Assembly: GCA_050306135.1 (NCBI GenBank)
Contig: JBNLGQ010000029.1
Coordinates: 43,585 to 107,584, forward strand
Direction of reading: 5' to 3'
Source of the DNA: Gammaproteobacteria bacterium
Lineage (GTDB): Bacteria; Pseudomonadota; Gammaproteobacteria; GCA-001735895
Length of the DNA: 64,000 nt
Shown here: piece by piece, positions 40,118 through 49,787 of the stretch
How positions within the stretch are numbered: the first letter of the stretch is position 1
Layout: every line of letters starts with the position of its first letter
Notes under the pieces: model-generated
What the model was told of the DNA's origin: nothing
Seen by the model: only the letters and a program-made list of their open reading frames with translations
The model's database searches: none
Program-made: the position numbers and the translations under genes

Positions 40118-41111
40118 AATGACGACCAAAGCGAAAGAAATTGACCTACCCAGTATGTTGGCATTTGAGCGAAAGCTGGAAGTGTCTGATGGACTGATGT
40201 TTGCTGGTAATTGGAGCGACCTTGCCGAAGAAAATGCTTGGGAGGCTATTAAGGTTGTGCCGCGTAAAAACCGCTCAACGCAAAGTGCTGCTGGCATTAA
40301 GGATGAGGAAAAATCTAAGCCAAACCCTGTTTCGGCAGATAATGATGATGCAAACCTGCCATATGACAAAGATACTCTAAAAGTCAGTTTCACTCTGCGT
40401 ATGATTGGGGATTTGGGCACTCCGTTCGGCTGCAATGACCCTGAATTCGAGAAAGCAATTCACAGCAAGGTAACTGAGTTTAAAGAACAAGGATTGAAAG
40501 AACTGGCACACCGCTATGCACAGAATATTGCCAGCGGGCGTTTCTTATGGCGTAACCGCATCTGTGCTGAAGAATTGCTGATTCAGGTCAGAATTAATCA
40601 TGGTGAGGATCTCATCGAACTTAATGGTTACGACTTCGCGTTAAATGATTTTGCGGCTAGCCGTCAAGACAACAAATTAGTCCAACTAACAGAGGCTATT
40701 TACCAAGGCTTGGTGGGTACACAAGATTTTGTTTTGCTGGAGGTTGATGCCTTTGTTCGCCTGGGCGCTGGTCAGCATGTGTTTCCATCGCAAGAAATGA
40801 ACATGGGCGATAAGAAAAAAGTGCTTTTCAAACTGGGAAAAGATAATAACCAGGCCGCTATGCATAGTGTGAAGTTAGGGAATGCTATTCGCACTATTGA
40901 TGATTGGTATCGCGAGAATGCTGAATTTCCGATTGCGGTAGAGCCCTATGGCTCAGTTACTCAGCGTGGCGAAGCCTACAGAAAAAGCAAAACAGACTTG
41001 TACACATTAATGTTGGACTGGGTGAATGATAAGCCTGTTGCAGACGAACAAAAATGCTATGTGTTAGCAAACCTGATACGTGGTGGCGTTTTTGGTGGAA
41101 AAAGTGAATAG
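40118..41111 (+). CDS. csy3: Csy3 / Cas7f, Cascade backbone subunit
   Basis: It is near-collinear with PA14 Csy3: 'LAFERKLEVSDGLMFAGNW', 'TLKVSFTLRMIGDLGTPFGCNDPEF', 'LAHRYAQNIASGRFLWRNR', 'VLLEVDAFVRLGAGQHVFPSQEM', 'IAVEPYGSVTQRGEAYR', and 'ANLIRGGVFGG'. The start is set at ATG 40118 behind an AGGAGA RBS. Confidence 0.9.
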
Positions 41112-41119
41112 GATCTAAG

Positions 41120-41671
41120 ATGAATCACTATTTCGAAATCAAAATACTACCCGACCCGGAGATACTGGACACAGTTCTGATGAACGCGGTTTACACCAAA
41201 CTCCACAAAGCCTTATGTGATCTGAACTCGACCGGTATTGGCGTTAGCTTTCCCAATAGGCAGAAGACTCTTGGCAATACGGTGCGATTACATGGTTCTG
41301 ATAAAGACCTGGATGACTTAATGAGGCTGAATTGGACAGGGGGTATGAGTGGATACTGCTCTATCAGTGATATCTTACCAGTACCTGATAATTCTAAGTT
41401 CCGCACCGTGTCGCGCAAGCAAACCACGATGAGTCAATCTAAGCTCAATCGGTTGTTAAAGCGTGGCTCCATCACTGAGGATGAGGTTAAAAATTACAAA
41501 GCGAAAATGTTTACCAAAGGTCTGGATAATCCTTATCTGGAATTACAAAGTGGTTCAAATGGACATAGACACCGTCGCTATATCGAATTTGGTGAGTTGT
41601 TAAACGAACCCGTCAGCGGCCAGTTTGACCAGTTCGGCCTATCCAAAACTGCGACTATCCCCTGGTTTTAA
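41120..41671 (+). CDS. csy4: Csy4 / Cas6f, pre-crRNA endoribonuclease
   Basis: 183 aa. 'MNHYFEIKILPDPE' parallels PA14 'MDHYLDIRLRPDPE'. 'IGVSFP' and the C-terminal 'YGLSKTATIPWF' (compare 'YGLSKGGFVPWF') are present. Confidence 0.9.
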   Translation: MNHYFEIKILPDPEILDTVLMNAVYTKLHKALCDLNSTGIGVSFPNRQKTLGNTVRLHGSDKDLDDLMRLNWTGGMSGYCSISDILPVPDNSKFRTVSRKQTTMSQSKLNRLLKRGSITEDEVKNYKAKMFTKGLDNPYLELQSGSNGHRHRRYIEFGELLNEPVSGQFDQFGLSKTATIPWF

Positions 41672-41985
41672 CTTACAGTAGCCAGATTGTAGCCACCTGC
41701 CTCAATCTGGCTTAATCCTCTATCTGAGAGGTATAACATGGCTAAGGCAACCTCACCGATCCGATTACAGCAGGGGCTCATGCAGCAGACAGAATCAACA
41801 ACACGGCTTTTCATCGAAATATTCCGAGAAGATTGAATGTTGGACTAACTTTTTACCAAAGTTTTTATCGTTCTTTAACAATCATTAAAAATCAATCACT
41901 TACAGGGGATGTGTTTTTCATTGGTAAAACAGTAGAAATCCCCTTAAGTGTTTGTTGTGCAATGGATAAATATCAATTATCTTCA
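41672..41985 (+). promoter_or_regulatory. CRISPR leader (AT-rich, about 314 bp) between csy4 and the first repeat
   Basis: This AT-rich non-coding stretch lies directly 5' of repeat 1. The degenerate terminal repeat is at the far end of the array, so this side is the leader-proximal end. Confidence 0.7.
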
Positions 41986-44653
41986 GTTCACTGCCGCACA
42001 GGCAGCTTAGAAAGGTGCCTTGGGCACGAGCAATCAATTTTGAGAGTTCACTGCCGCACAGGCAGCTTAGAAATGCCTCCAGCACCTTTTTATATTTATC
42101 ACCGAGTTCACTGCCGCACAGGCAGCTTAGAAAATAATATACTTTTGCTATATGAAGTTTCGGAGTTCACTGCCGCACAGGCAGCTTAGAAATTCGAGCT
42201 TAACGGTGTCACCCGCGTCGGCCAGTTCACTGCCGCACAGGCAGCTTAGAAATGGTTACGGTACCGCTCCGACATCACACGGACCGTTCACTGCCGCACA
42301 GGCAGCTTAGAAATATGCAAGTGCAACCTCGTTTACTGTTGTAGGGTTCACTGCCGCACAGGCAGCTTAGAAATATCGAATAAATAACCGCTATCTGGCG
42401 GAATTGTTCACTGCCGCACAGGCAGCTTAGAAAAAGCTATGGACACAGGGCAGAGGATTTTCCTCGTTCACTGCCGCACAGGCAGCTTAGAAAATTAACT
42501 ATAAACTCATGAGATGGCATGCAGGGTTCACTGCCGCACAGGCAGCTTAGAAATCGTGTTGCCTACGTATAGCCGCCATAACTTCGTTCACTGCCGCACA
42601 GGCAGCTTAGAAAATCGGCGTAGTCGATTGCTCGCTGTATCGGCCGTTCACTGCCGCACAGGCAGCTTAGAAAATTGGATGGCATCGCGTCATTTGAGTC
42701 TACAGGTTCACTGCCGCACAGGCAGCTTAGAAAAGTCAATGAAGCAGGGGTTGGTATAGCGATTGGTTCACTGCCGCACAGGCAGCTTAGAAACGGATGC
42801 GCATTCATTGAAAACAGCCCAATGCGTTCACTGCCGCACAGGCAGCTTAGAAATTTACTCATCTAATGAAAGAGCTGGGCGAATTGTTCACTGCCGCACA
42901 GGCAGCTTAGAAATCCTAATACTGATTGGCAGCTTGCGGCAACTAGTTCACTGCCGCACAGGCAGCTTAGAAAACCCACAGATACCATCTGTACGTGGAG
43001 TCATTGTTCACTGCCGCACAGGCAGCTTAGAAAACAGTAACCTCACATCAGAAATTCTGCAAACCGTTCACTGCCGCACAGGCAGCTTAGAAATGAACAC
43101 GCGACATTTGAGGATGGCGGGAATGGTTCACTGCCGCACAGGCAGCTTAGAAATTCTTCAATCGCATCGAGTACTGCGGTTACAGGTTCACTGCCGCACA
43201 GGCAGCTTAGAAATACAAAATGGAATACTTCATATATGACAACTGGTTCACTGCCGCACAGGCAGCTTAGAAAATTACCAGCAAAGACAGACTGCAGCTG
43301 ATTACGTTCACTGCCGCACAGGCAGCTTAGAAATGCTATAAAGGCAGCGTGGTGTTTTCAGTCGGGTTCACTGCCGCACAGGCAGCTTAGAAAATTGTCA
43401 ACGCCATGCAGCCAGCGTACCCACGGTTCACTGCCGCACAGGCAGCTTAGAAATCAATAGCCATTAGCTCCTTACGACGCATAATGTTCACTGCCGCACA
43501 GGCAGCTTAGAAATTGTTAGAGTCCCCGATAAACCGACTATACATGTTCACTGCCGCACAGGCAGCTTAGAAAATCAACTAGAGTATCTGCATCAGGTAA
43601 TTCTGGTTCACTGCCGCACAGGCAGCTTAGAAACCTACTGGACGCGATCATCACCAGCGAGTAACGTTCACTGCCGCACAGGCAGCTTAGAAACAGCAGA
43701 TCCAGCGTCAGATCGTTGTTATCGCGTTCACTGCCGCACAGGCAGCTTAGAAAACCTTCAGCATTTGCTGATAGCGACCCGACATGTTCACTGCCGCACA
43801 GGCAGCTTAGAAACAGTGGATTGCCGGTAGTACCGCACTCAACCCGTTCACTGCCGCACAGGCAGCTTAGAAATGTGTGTTCTGCACGCATTCAGAAAGA
43901 AAGAAGTTCACTGCCGCACAGGCAGCTTAGAAAATGTACCTAGTTCATCTAAAACTAAAAGCCCAGTTCACTGCCGCACAGGCAGCTTAGAAAAGCTCAG
44001 GACCCGCGACATCAGTGGGTACCGGGTTCACTGCCGCACAGGCAGCTTAGAAAAATTCAGATAAATGGTACTGTACGCGAATCGAGTTCACTGCCGCACA
44101 GGCAGCTTAGAAATCTGAAACAACATCTCTAGCATGTGTACCACCGTTCACTGCCGTACAGGCAGCTTAGAAACAAATTCCGTAATTAGTAGCAGAATTT
44201 TTAGCGTTCACTGCCGCACAGGCAGCTTAGAAAGTTAAGGTCTTTTGGCCAGGTCATCAGAAACAGTTCACTGCCGCACAGGCAGCTTAGAAATAGTAGA
44301 ATTAACTAGCTATATCATCGATAAAGTTCACTGCCGCACAGGCAGCTTAGAAAATTGATTCGCACAGCTCAAGGAATGTAATTACGTTCACTGCCGCACA
44401 GGCAGCTTAGAAATAGATAGGTTCGAGTCGCCGCGGACGCCCCTTGTTCACTGCCGCACAGGCAGCTTAGAAAAGTTTTTGATTGCACTCTGGCAAAACT
44501 TTTTAGTTCACTGCCGCACAGGCAGCTTAGAAAAAGTCGATTCAACTTTAGCAGTAGAACCATGCGTTCACTGCCGCACAGGCAGCTTAGAAAACAGTAC
44601 AATTTAAAACCAGTAGCCAGATTATGTTAACTGCCGCACAGGCAGCTTAAAAC
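41986..44653 (+). CRISPR. Type I-F CRISPR array: 45 copies of the 28-bp repeat GTTCACTGCCGCACAGGCAGCTTAGAAA with 44 spacers of 31-33 nt
   Basis: The repeats were counted directly: 60-nt periodicity from 41986 through 44626. The repeat has the I-F (Yersinia-type) stem 'CTGCCGCACAGGCAG'. One internal repeat carries a SNP (44146-44173, 'CTGCCGTACAGGCAG'). The last repeat (44626-44653) is degenerate: 'GTTAACTGCCGCACAGGCAGCTTAAAAC'. Confidence 0.97.
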
Positions 44654-45024
44654 CGGATATGGGTAAATCATTATGCATACATCGAATGGCCGGCAAGTGA
44701 GCGACTCATCTGCGACAGCATACCTGTCTGTTATATTGCTTGATAGCAGCTGTTATAGGATCCTTTCAAGGCGCCATATTGTTGAGTTGGCTATCACAAT
44801 TCAGGTGAAATTTTCTGAAGACGTTATTCATCTAACTGATCTGAATATCAATCCCAAAATCGATGGCTGCGAGAAATTGATTTTGTGAGAAAAGAAAAAA
44901 CACATTTTTTGTTTTTTGTGCACTGAGAATTCAGGGATGAATTATTCAGGTCTCTCCCAAATAAACCATTTTTATCAAACTGTCATAATCCCCCTATAAG
45001 CTTGAATCGTTTAAATTAATTAGT

Positions 45025-46782
45025 GTGAAAGGCATGATCAATGTCGAGGCAATGCTGGATAATTTTTTACCGGACTTTAGAAACAAAAAGAAACGTCTGT
45101 ATAAAACAACAGTAGCTGTATTAAAAAAGATCCTGCATCAGGATGAAATCAATCAGTTTATTGACAGCCATAAACACCTTGAAGGCGTGGAGTTTCTGGA
45201 TGCGGTGCTGGACCATTTTGATTTTAAATATAGTCTGTCCAATCGCGACCGCGCTAATATCCCCGCACAGGGGCGTGTCATTATTGTGGCGAATCATCCA
45301 TTAGGTTCTCTGGATGGGCTGGCTTTATTGAAAATGGTTTCCGAGATCCGTCCTGATGTGAAAATTGTGGCGACTACCGTGCTGAGTCAGGTTAAACCGC
45401 TGGAGAATCTGTTTCTTAGCGTGGATAACCTGTCGAGTAAAGCGAGCCATATTGCCAGCCTGAAAAAGATTCTGGCTGCCTTGCAGCAGGAACAGGCGGT
45501 GATTATGTTTCCTACGGGAGAGGTTTCCCGCATTCGTCCACAGGGTGTGCGTGATGGCAAGTGGAAAACGGGCTTTGTCAGCATGGCTTACAAATCTAAC
45601 TCACCAGTGGTTCCTGTTTTCATTAATGGGAAGAATTCTACGCTGTTTTATAGCATGTCTACTCTGTATAAACCATTGGGTACCCTGATGCTGGTGATGG
45701 AGATGTTTAATAAGCAGGATCAGGAAATATCTTTTCGCGTGGGTAAACCAATTCCTGTTAATTCAATGAAGTTGCTGGATCTGCCACCTAAAAAAGTTGC
45801 AAAGCGGATGCGTAAGCAGGTTTATCGTTTGGCAAAAAATTTTAAGAAGCCACTATTCGAAACCATTGAAAATATTGTGCATCCGGTTAATCGTAAAAAT
45901 ATCCGCGATGAGCTTAAGCAATCTGAGTTTCTGGGTGCCACTCAGGATGGTATGGAAATCTATTTATTTGACTACCGATCAAATTCCAGTGTGATCCGTG
46001 AAATAGGAAGGTTAAGAGAGCTGTCGTTTCGACAGGTGCATGAAGGTACAGGCAAATCTATCGATGTTGATGAGTTTGATCGTTACTATCGCCATCTGGT
46101 GTTATGGGATGACAAGCAACTGGAGATCGTTGGCACTTATCGTATTGGTGAAGGTGCGCGTATCCTGGCGCAACATGGCATACAGGGGTTTTATACCAAT
46201 ACACTGTTTGAGTTACAGGGCTGTATGGTGGGTTATCTTGAAAAATCAATTGAACTGGGGCGTAGTTTTATCCAGCCACGTTACTGGGGTAAGCGTAGTT
46301 TGGATTACCTTTGGTATGGTATAGGTGCTTATCTTCAGAAACACCCGCAGGTTGAATATATGATTGGTCCTGTCACCTTGAGTGCTTCCTACCCTGAACA
46401 GGCGAAGCATGAAATTGTAAACTTCTATCAGCAATTATTTGGCAATAGCGATAATCTGGTTAAACCCAGACTGCCATATGATTACCCGGTTAGCAGTGAC
46501 TATGCTGAGTATCAGCAGGTATCTCAGGAATCAGATTATAAGCAGGCTTATTCACGTTTGAAAGTGAAGCTGGATGAGTTAGGGGTCAGAGTACCGACCC
46601 TGTTCAAACAGTATGTTGAGCTATGTAAGCCGGGTGGTTGTGAATTTCTGGGATTCAATGTGGATCCGGAATTTTCAAACTGTATAGATGCGATGATACT
46701 GGTACATATTGATGCGGTTTATGAAAAGAAGCGAGATCGTTATATCAATGTACATAATGTTAAAGTTGAGCAAGCTGCTTAG
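45025..46782 (+). CDS. Bifunctional acyltransferase: N-terminal PlsC-type (HX4D) domain fused to a C-terminal OlsB/GNAT-like N-acyltransferase domain. It is OlsF-like and a candidate ornithine/amino-lipid synthase.
   Basis: 585 aa with an 'VIIVANHPLGSLDG' HX4D motif and a 'FPTGE' block typical of lysophospholipid acyltransferases. The roughly 280-aa C-terminal half is of the hemolysin/OlsB-like acyltransferase type ('GTYRIGEGARIL'). This architecture matches the published OlsF of Serratia and Flavobacterium as I recall it. Confidence 0.5.
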   Translation: MKGMINVEAMLDNFLPDFRNKKKRLYKTTVAVLKKILHQDEINQFIDSHKHLEGVEFLDAVLDHFDFKYSLSNRDRANIPAQGRVIIVANHPLGSLDGLALLKMVSEIRPDVKIVATTVLSQVKPLENLFLSVDNLSSKASHIASLKKILAALQQEQAVIMFPTGEVSRIRPQGVRDGKWKTGFVSMAYKSNSPVVPVFINGKNSTLFYSMSTLYKPLGTLMLVMEMFNKQDQEISFRVGKPIPVNSMKLLDLPPKKVAKRMRKQVYRLAKNFKKPLFETIENIVHPVNRKNIRDELKQSEFLGATQDGMEIYLFDYRSNSSVIREIGRLRELSFRQVHEGTGKSIDVDEFDRYYRHLVLWDDKQLEIVGTYRIGEGARILAQHGIQGFYTNTLFELQGCMVGYLEKSIELGRSFIQPRYWGKRSLDYLWYGIGAYLQKHPQVEYMIGPVTLSASYPEQAKHEIVNFYQQLFGNSDNLVKPRLPYDYPVSSDYAEYQQVSQESDYKQAYSRLKVKLDELGVRVPTLFKQYVELCKPGGCEFLGFNVDPEFSNCIDAMILVHIDAVYEKKRDRYINVHNVKVEQAA

Positions 46783-47270
46783 TTTGTAGCTTCATTCCCT
46801 TACTCAGCTCAGGCATCCTGCTTCGCTCTAACACCTATACCGTGTAGGTGTCCTTCGTGGGTGCAGATCCTGTAATTCTGCCGATGGAAAAATGAATAGC
46901 TGACATATAATCATTCCAGTTGAACATACTCTATTGATCCAATGTGGTTATTCCACATAAGATGCGAGGATTAACGGGCTCGTTGATATATAGCTGCCGT
47001 TCGAGTAATTAAGGGAATTAAGTAAACTATCCTCGAAATCGCTCCGGAATTGAATTTGCCCATCACTCCGACACATAGCCAAAATAAAACTAATTTAAAA
47101 GTGTCTAAATTCTTTACAGGTAAAAATCCAGCGGTATCGGTTTTTGTAAAAAAAATATACACCTAAAGTTAGACGGAAAATGGTATTCCATTGAAACTAT
47201 GGGACTAAAGGATTGCGGTACCTTAATTGCATGAAGGATTTATTGTGTAAACTGGAAGGAGTGAGGAACT

Positions 47271-47972
47271 ATGAAAAAAAGAATAACTAGTACTGTAGGT
47301 GTATTCACTGTTTTAACATTGATCACGATAAATGCTTATGCGGCCCCTTTTCGTCTACTGGGTGAAGTGGCCGATACCGGTGCTGCAAGCGCTGGCAGTG
47401 AGTCTGCTATTTATAACTATGATACCAATGCTGATATGCACTCTGGCACTTACAGCAGTTGGTCTTATACAGGATTCGACTGGAACTCAAGCTATTCAAC
47501 TGCAGGATTGGCATACGATGGCAAATACCGCCTAATAGGTGAAGTGGCCAACACTGGTGCTGCAAGCGCAGGTAATGAATCTGCTATTTATACCTATGAT
47601 TCCTACGCGGATATGCAGTCGGGCAATTACAGCAGCTGGTCTTATACAGGATTTGACTGGATTTCAAGTTATTCAACCGCGGGATTGGCATATGATGGCA
47701 AATACCGTCTGTTAGGTGAAGTAGCCGATACCGGTACTGCAAGCGCAGGTAGTGAATCTGCTATTTATACCTATGATACGTTCGATGATATGCTGTCTGG
47801 AACTTATAGTAGCTGGTCCTATACAGGGTTCGACTGGATTTCAAGTTATTCAACCGCGGGATTGGCATACGAATCTATACCAACATCTGAAGTACCAGAA
47901 CCAACGAGCCTTTTACTTATGGGGCTAGGGTTAGTAGGACTAGGATTTGCTCGTAAAAAACGAATCGTATAG
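47271..47972 (+). CDS. Secreted PEP-CTERM protein with three tandem repeats of about 59 aa
   Basis: It has a signal peptide. It then has three near-identical units ('RLLGEVADTGAASAGSESAIYTYD...SGTYSSWSYTGFDWISSYSTAGLAYDGKY'). The C-terminal sorting signal is 'VPEPTSLLLMGLGLVGLGFARKKR' (PEP + TM + basic). Confidence 0.75.
   Translation: MKKRITSTVGVFTVLTLITINAYAAPFRLLGEVADTGAASAGSESAIYNYDTNADMHSGTYSSWSYTGFDWNSSYSTAGLAYDGKYRLIGEVANTGAASAGNESAIYTYDSYADMQSGNYSSWSYTGFDWISSYSTAGLAYDGKYRLLGEVADTGTASAGSESAIYTYDTFDDMLSGTYSSWSYTGFDWISSYSTAGLAYESIPTSEVPEPTSLLLMGLGLVGLGFARKKRIV
47346..47880 (+). repeat. Three tandem direct repeats of about 177 bp inside the PEP-CTERM gene
   Basis: The DNA-level periodicity corresponds to the three protein repeats. 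There are only a few substitutions between copies. Confidence 0.8.
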
Positions 47973-47983
47973 TCTCATAACAA

Positions 47984-48008
47984 CCCCGCCTGGTGCGGGG
48001 TTTTTTTA
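47984..48008 (+). terminator. Rho-independent terminator downstream of the PEP-CTERM gene
   Basis: 'CCCCGCCTGGTGCGGGG' forms a GC-rich hairpin followed by TTTTTTT. Confidence 0.8.
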
Positions 48009-48231
48009 TTTCTAAACCTTAGCTATCGATTATTTTTATTTTGTGAATGTGCAACCAACTAGAGTTGATAGGGAGCGTTAATAGTTGCCTGATCTCATTT
48101 ACCTGAACGATCGTTTTTAGACATTGCAAAAATTGAGCTAGTCTTTATTGAAGGGTTATAGTTGGTATATTTTTAACTGTAGTCGCGCACAATAACAATG
48201 ACTGCTTCGAACGATTTACTTAAAGGGTCCA

Positions 48232-48852
48232 TCATTTTGTTGTCAGGCTTTCATCATACCAGTCACTCATATCATCAATCATTTCACCCTTAATCAGGTA
48301 ATAAGGTGCTTTATGGTAAATATAGAAATCATGGAATGGATCGGTCAATATTTTGCTAAACCATACCAGACCCGATTGAATGCCCATGATGAAGAACAGA
48401 TGAACAGTTCTAAAGATTAATGCACCAGCGCCTATAAAAAGCCACAGCACTGAGGTGTTATAAATAAACTCATTCAGCGAGGTGTGAGGCTGTAGTAGAC
48501 CGAAAAAGTCAGGGTTGAAATACAGTACAAGAGGGGCGGCTACCCATACTGATAACAGTACAACCTTTCTACGTAGATTATAACCCACCTTAATACTTTC
48601 CTTGTATGCCTGACTGGCATCGTTGATCTCGTCGTACTCCAACGGTTCAAAGAAAAAATGTCCGCTTTGACGTAATACCATGGCCAGTAACCAACCGATC
48701 ATTACGGCTGCCACGGGATTGATAAAGATCAGTACGTAACTGGCCATAAAGCAGATACAGCTCAAAAAGTGTAAAAACTGATTGATTCGGTTCTGGTGAT
48801 AGTAACGATGATCATCCCAGCGTTGCTGACGTAGTTCCTGCATAAAAGTCAT
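48232..48852 (-). CDS. DUF962 / Mpo1-like integral membrane protein, last gene of the lipid operon
   Basis: 206 aa with four TM helices. It has an N-terminal 'YYHQNRINQFLH' (HxxN-type) segment and a 'GHFFFEP' motif, resembling the Mpo1/YGL010w family as I recall it. Confidence 0.45.
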   Translation of the reverse strand: MTFMQELRQQRWDDHRYYHQNRINQFLHFLSCICFMASYVLIFINPVAAVMIGWLLAMVLRQSGHFFFEPLEYDEINDASQAYKESIKVGYNLRRKVVLLSVWVAAPLVLYFNPDFFGLLQPHTSLNEFIYNTSVLWLFIGAGALIFRTVHLFFIMGIQSGLVWFSKILTDPFHDFYIYHKAPYYLIKGEMIDDMSDWYDESLTTK

Positions 48853-48894
48853 AATGATTACCTCTGTTTAATAGTTTATTAAGTGATGAAGTTT

Positions 48895-49773
48895 TTATTC
48901 TGAAATCGATGGCCTTTTTCTGAGTAGCGCCTGCCCCATCAGGATGGGAGTGTCGGTCTGTATATGGTCGAGTAACTGATAGTTAGATGAAGCAAATACA
49001 ATGATGGTTGAGCCATGCTGAAAGTAGCCCATTTCTTCGCCTTTACGATAACTTGCATTGCAGTTTAAATGGTTAGGGCCCTGGTATTTCAAATCCAGTG
49101 TTTCATTCAGGCAGTGGAATTTCATACTCGCCACCAGAATAGCGGCAACCGGCACCATTACCATGCAGTCATCTTGTTTACCCGTATGTAGTTCGATGAC
49201 TGCACGCTCATTTTTGCAATACAGCTTTTCAATGCGTTTAAGTGCTATGGGATTTACGTTCCAGGTGTCGCCGGAGATGTAGGTAATATCCGATACCGAA
49301 CAATCCTGCGGGGCATGGAATCGGTGGTACATGCTGGATTTCAGGCGCAGGGTGACAAAGATGCCATTACTGAGTTTTTTACAAAGACTGGTATCAGGTA
49401 TTAAGTCACTCAGTTCATAGGGGTAGCCCTTGGCCTGAAATAATGACTGGCCTTCAATATTTCCGCAGGCACCAACAATTGCATCACAGGGGCTGGTAAT
49501 AATGTCTTTATTTATATCCACAGGACGACTGCCTGGCTTTAACTGGCGTATAAAACAATCATGCAGGCTGCTGAAGTGTTGCTGTTGTGCTTCATTCAGA
49601 TTTAAATCGCTAGCAAATAGCTTCCATACGGCAATGGAAAAGCGTGTTAGCCATGGATTTTTAAGCTTGCTATACCAGCCCATAAACTGCGTTAGCAGAC
49701 GACGCGGAATACGATTTGTCAGCAGGAAGTTCAGCTGTTCCTGTTGAGTTAAGTGGCGGATTAATGATGTCAT
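48895..49773 (-). CDS. psd: Phosphatidylserine decarboxylase proenzyme
   Basis: It matches E. coli Psd in 'LFQAKGYPYEL', 'YHRFHAP', 'NERAV', and the self-cleavage site 'GYFQHGSTIIVF' (the G-S-T pyruvoyl-forming motif). Confidence 0.8.
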   Translation of the reverse strand: MTSLIRHLTQQEQLNFLLTNRIPRRLLTQFMGWYSKLKNPWLTRFSIAVWKLFASDLNLNEAQQQHFSSLHDCFIRQLKPGSRPVDINKDIITSPCDAIVGACGNIEGQSLFQAKGYPYELSDLIPDTSLCKKLSNGIFVTLRLKSSMYHRFHAPQDCSVSDITYISGDTWNVNPIALKRIEKLYCKNERAVIELHTGKQDDCMVMVPVAAILVASMKFHCLNETLDLKYQGPNHLNCNASYRKGEEMGYFQHGSTIIVFASSNYQLLDHIQTDTPILMGQALLRKRPSISE

Positions 49774-49787
49774 CGTGTGACAGATGC

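Noticed and set aside
41833-44602. Multiple predicted ORFs across the CRISPR array (e.g. 41833-42189, 42514-42759, 42763-43239, 43538-43891, 43873-44064, 44369-44602), on both strands
   Set aside because: Their translations are dominated by the repeated peptide 'VHCRTGSLE' or 'FLSCLCGSE'. That peptide is just the 28-bp CRISPR repeat read in frame, so these are artefacts of the repeat periodicity.
44673-44888. 71-aa ORF immediately after the degenerate terminal CRISPR repeat
   Set aside because: There is no RBS, the composition is atypical, and it lies in the array trailer. It is probably non-coding.
48895-49773. Possibility that psd in the lipid operon is just the housekeeping copy rather than part of a specialised module
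   Set aside because: I cannot exclude this from the window alone. It is kept within the module finding but flagged there as uncertain, because psd may be essential and only coincidentally linked.
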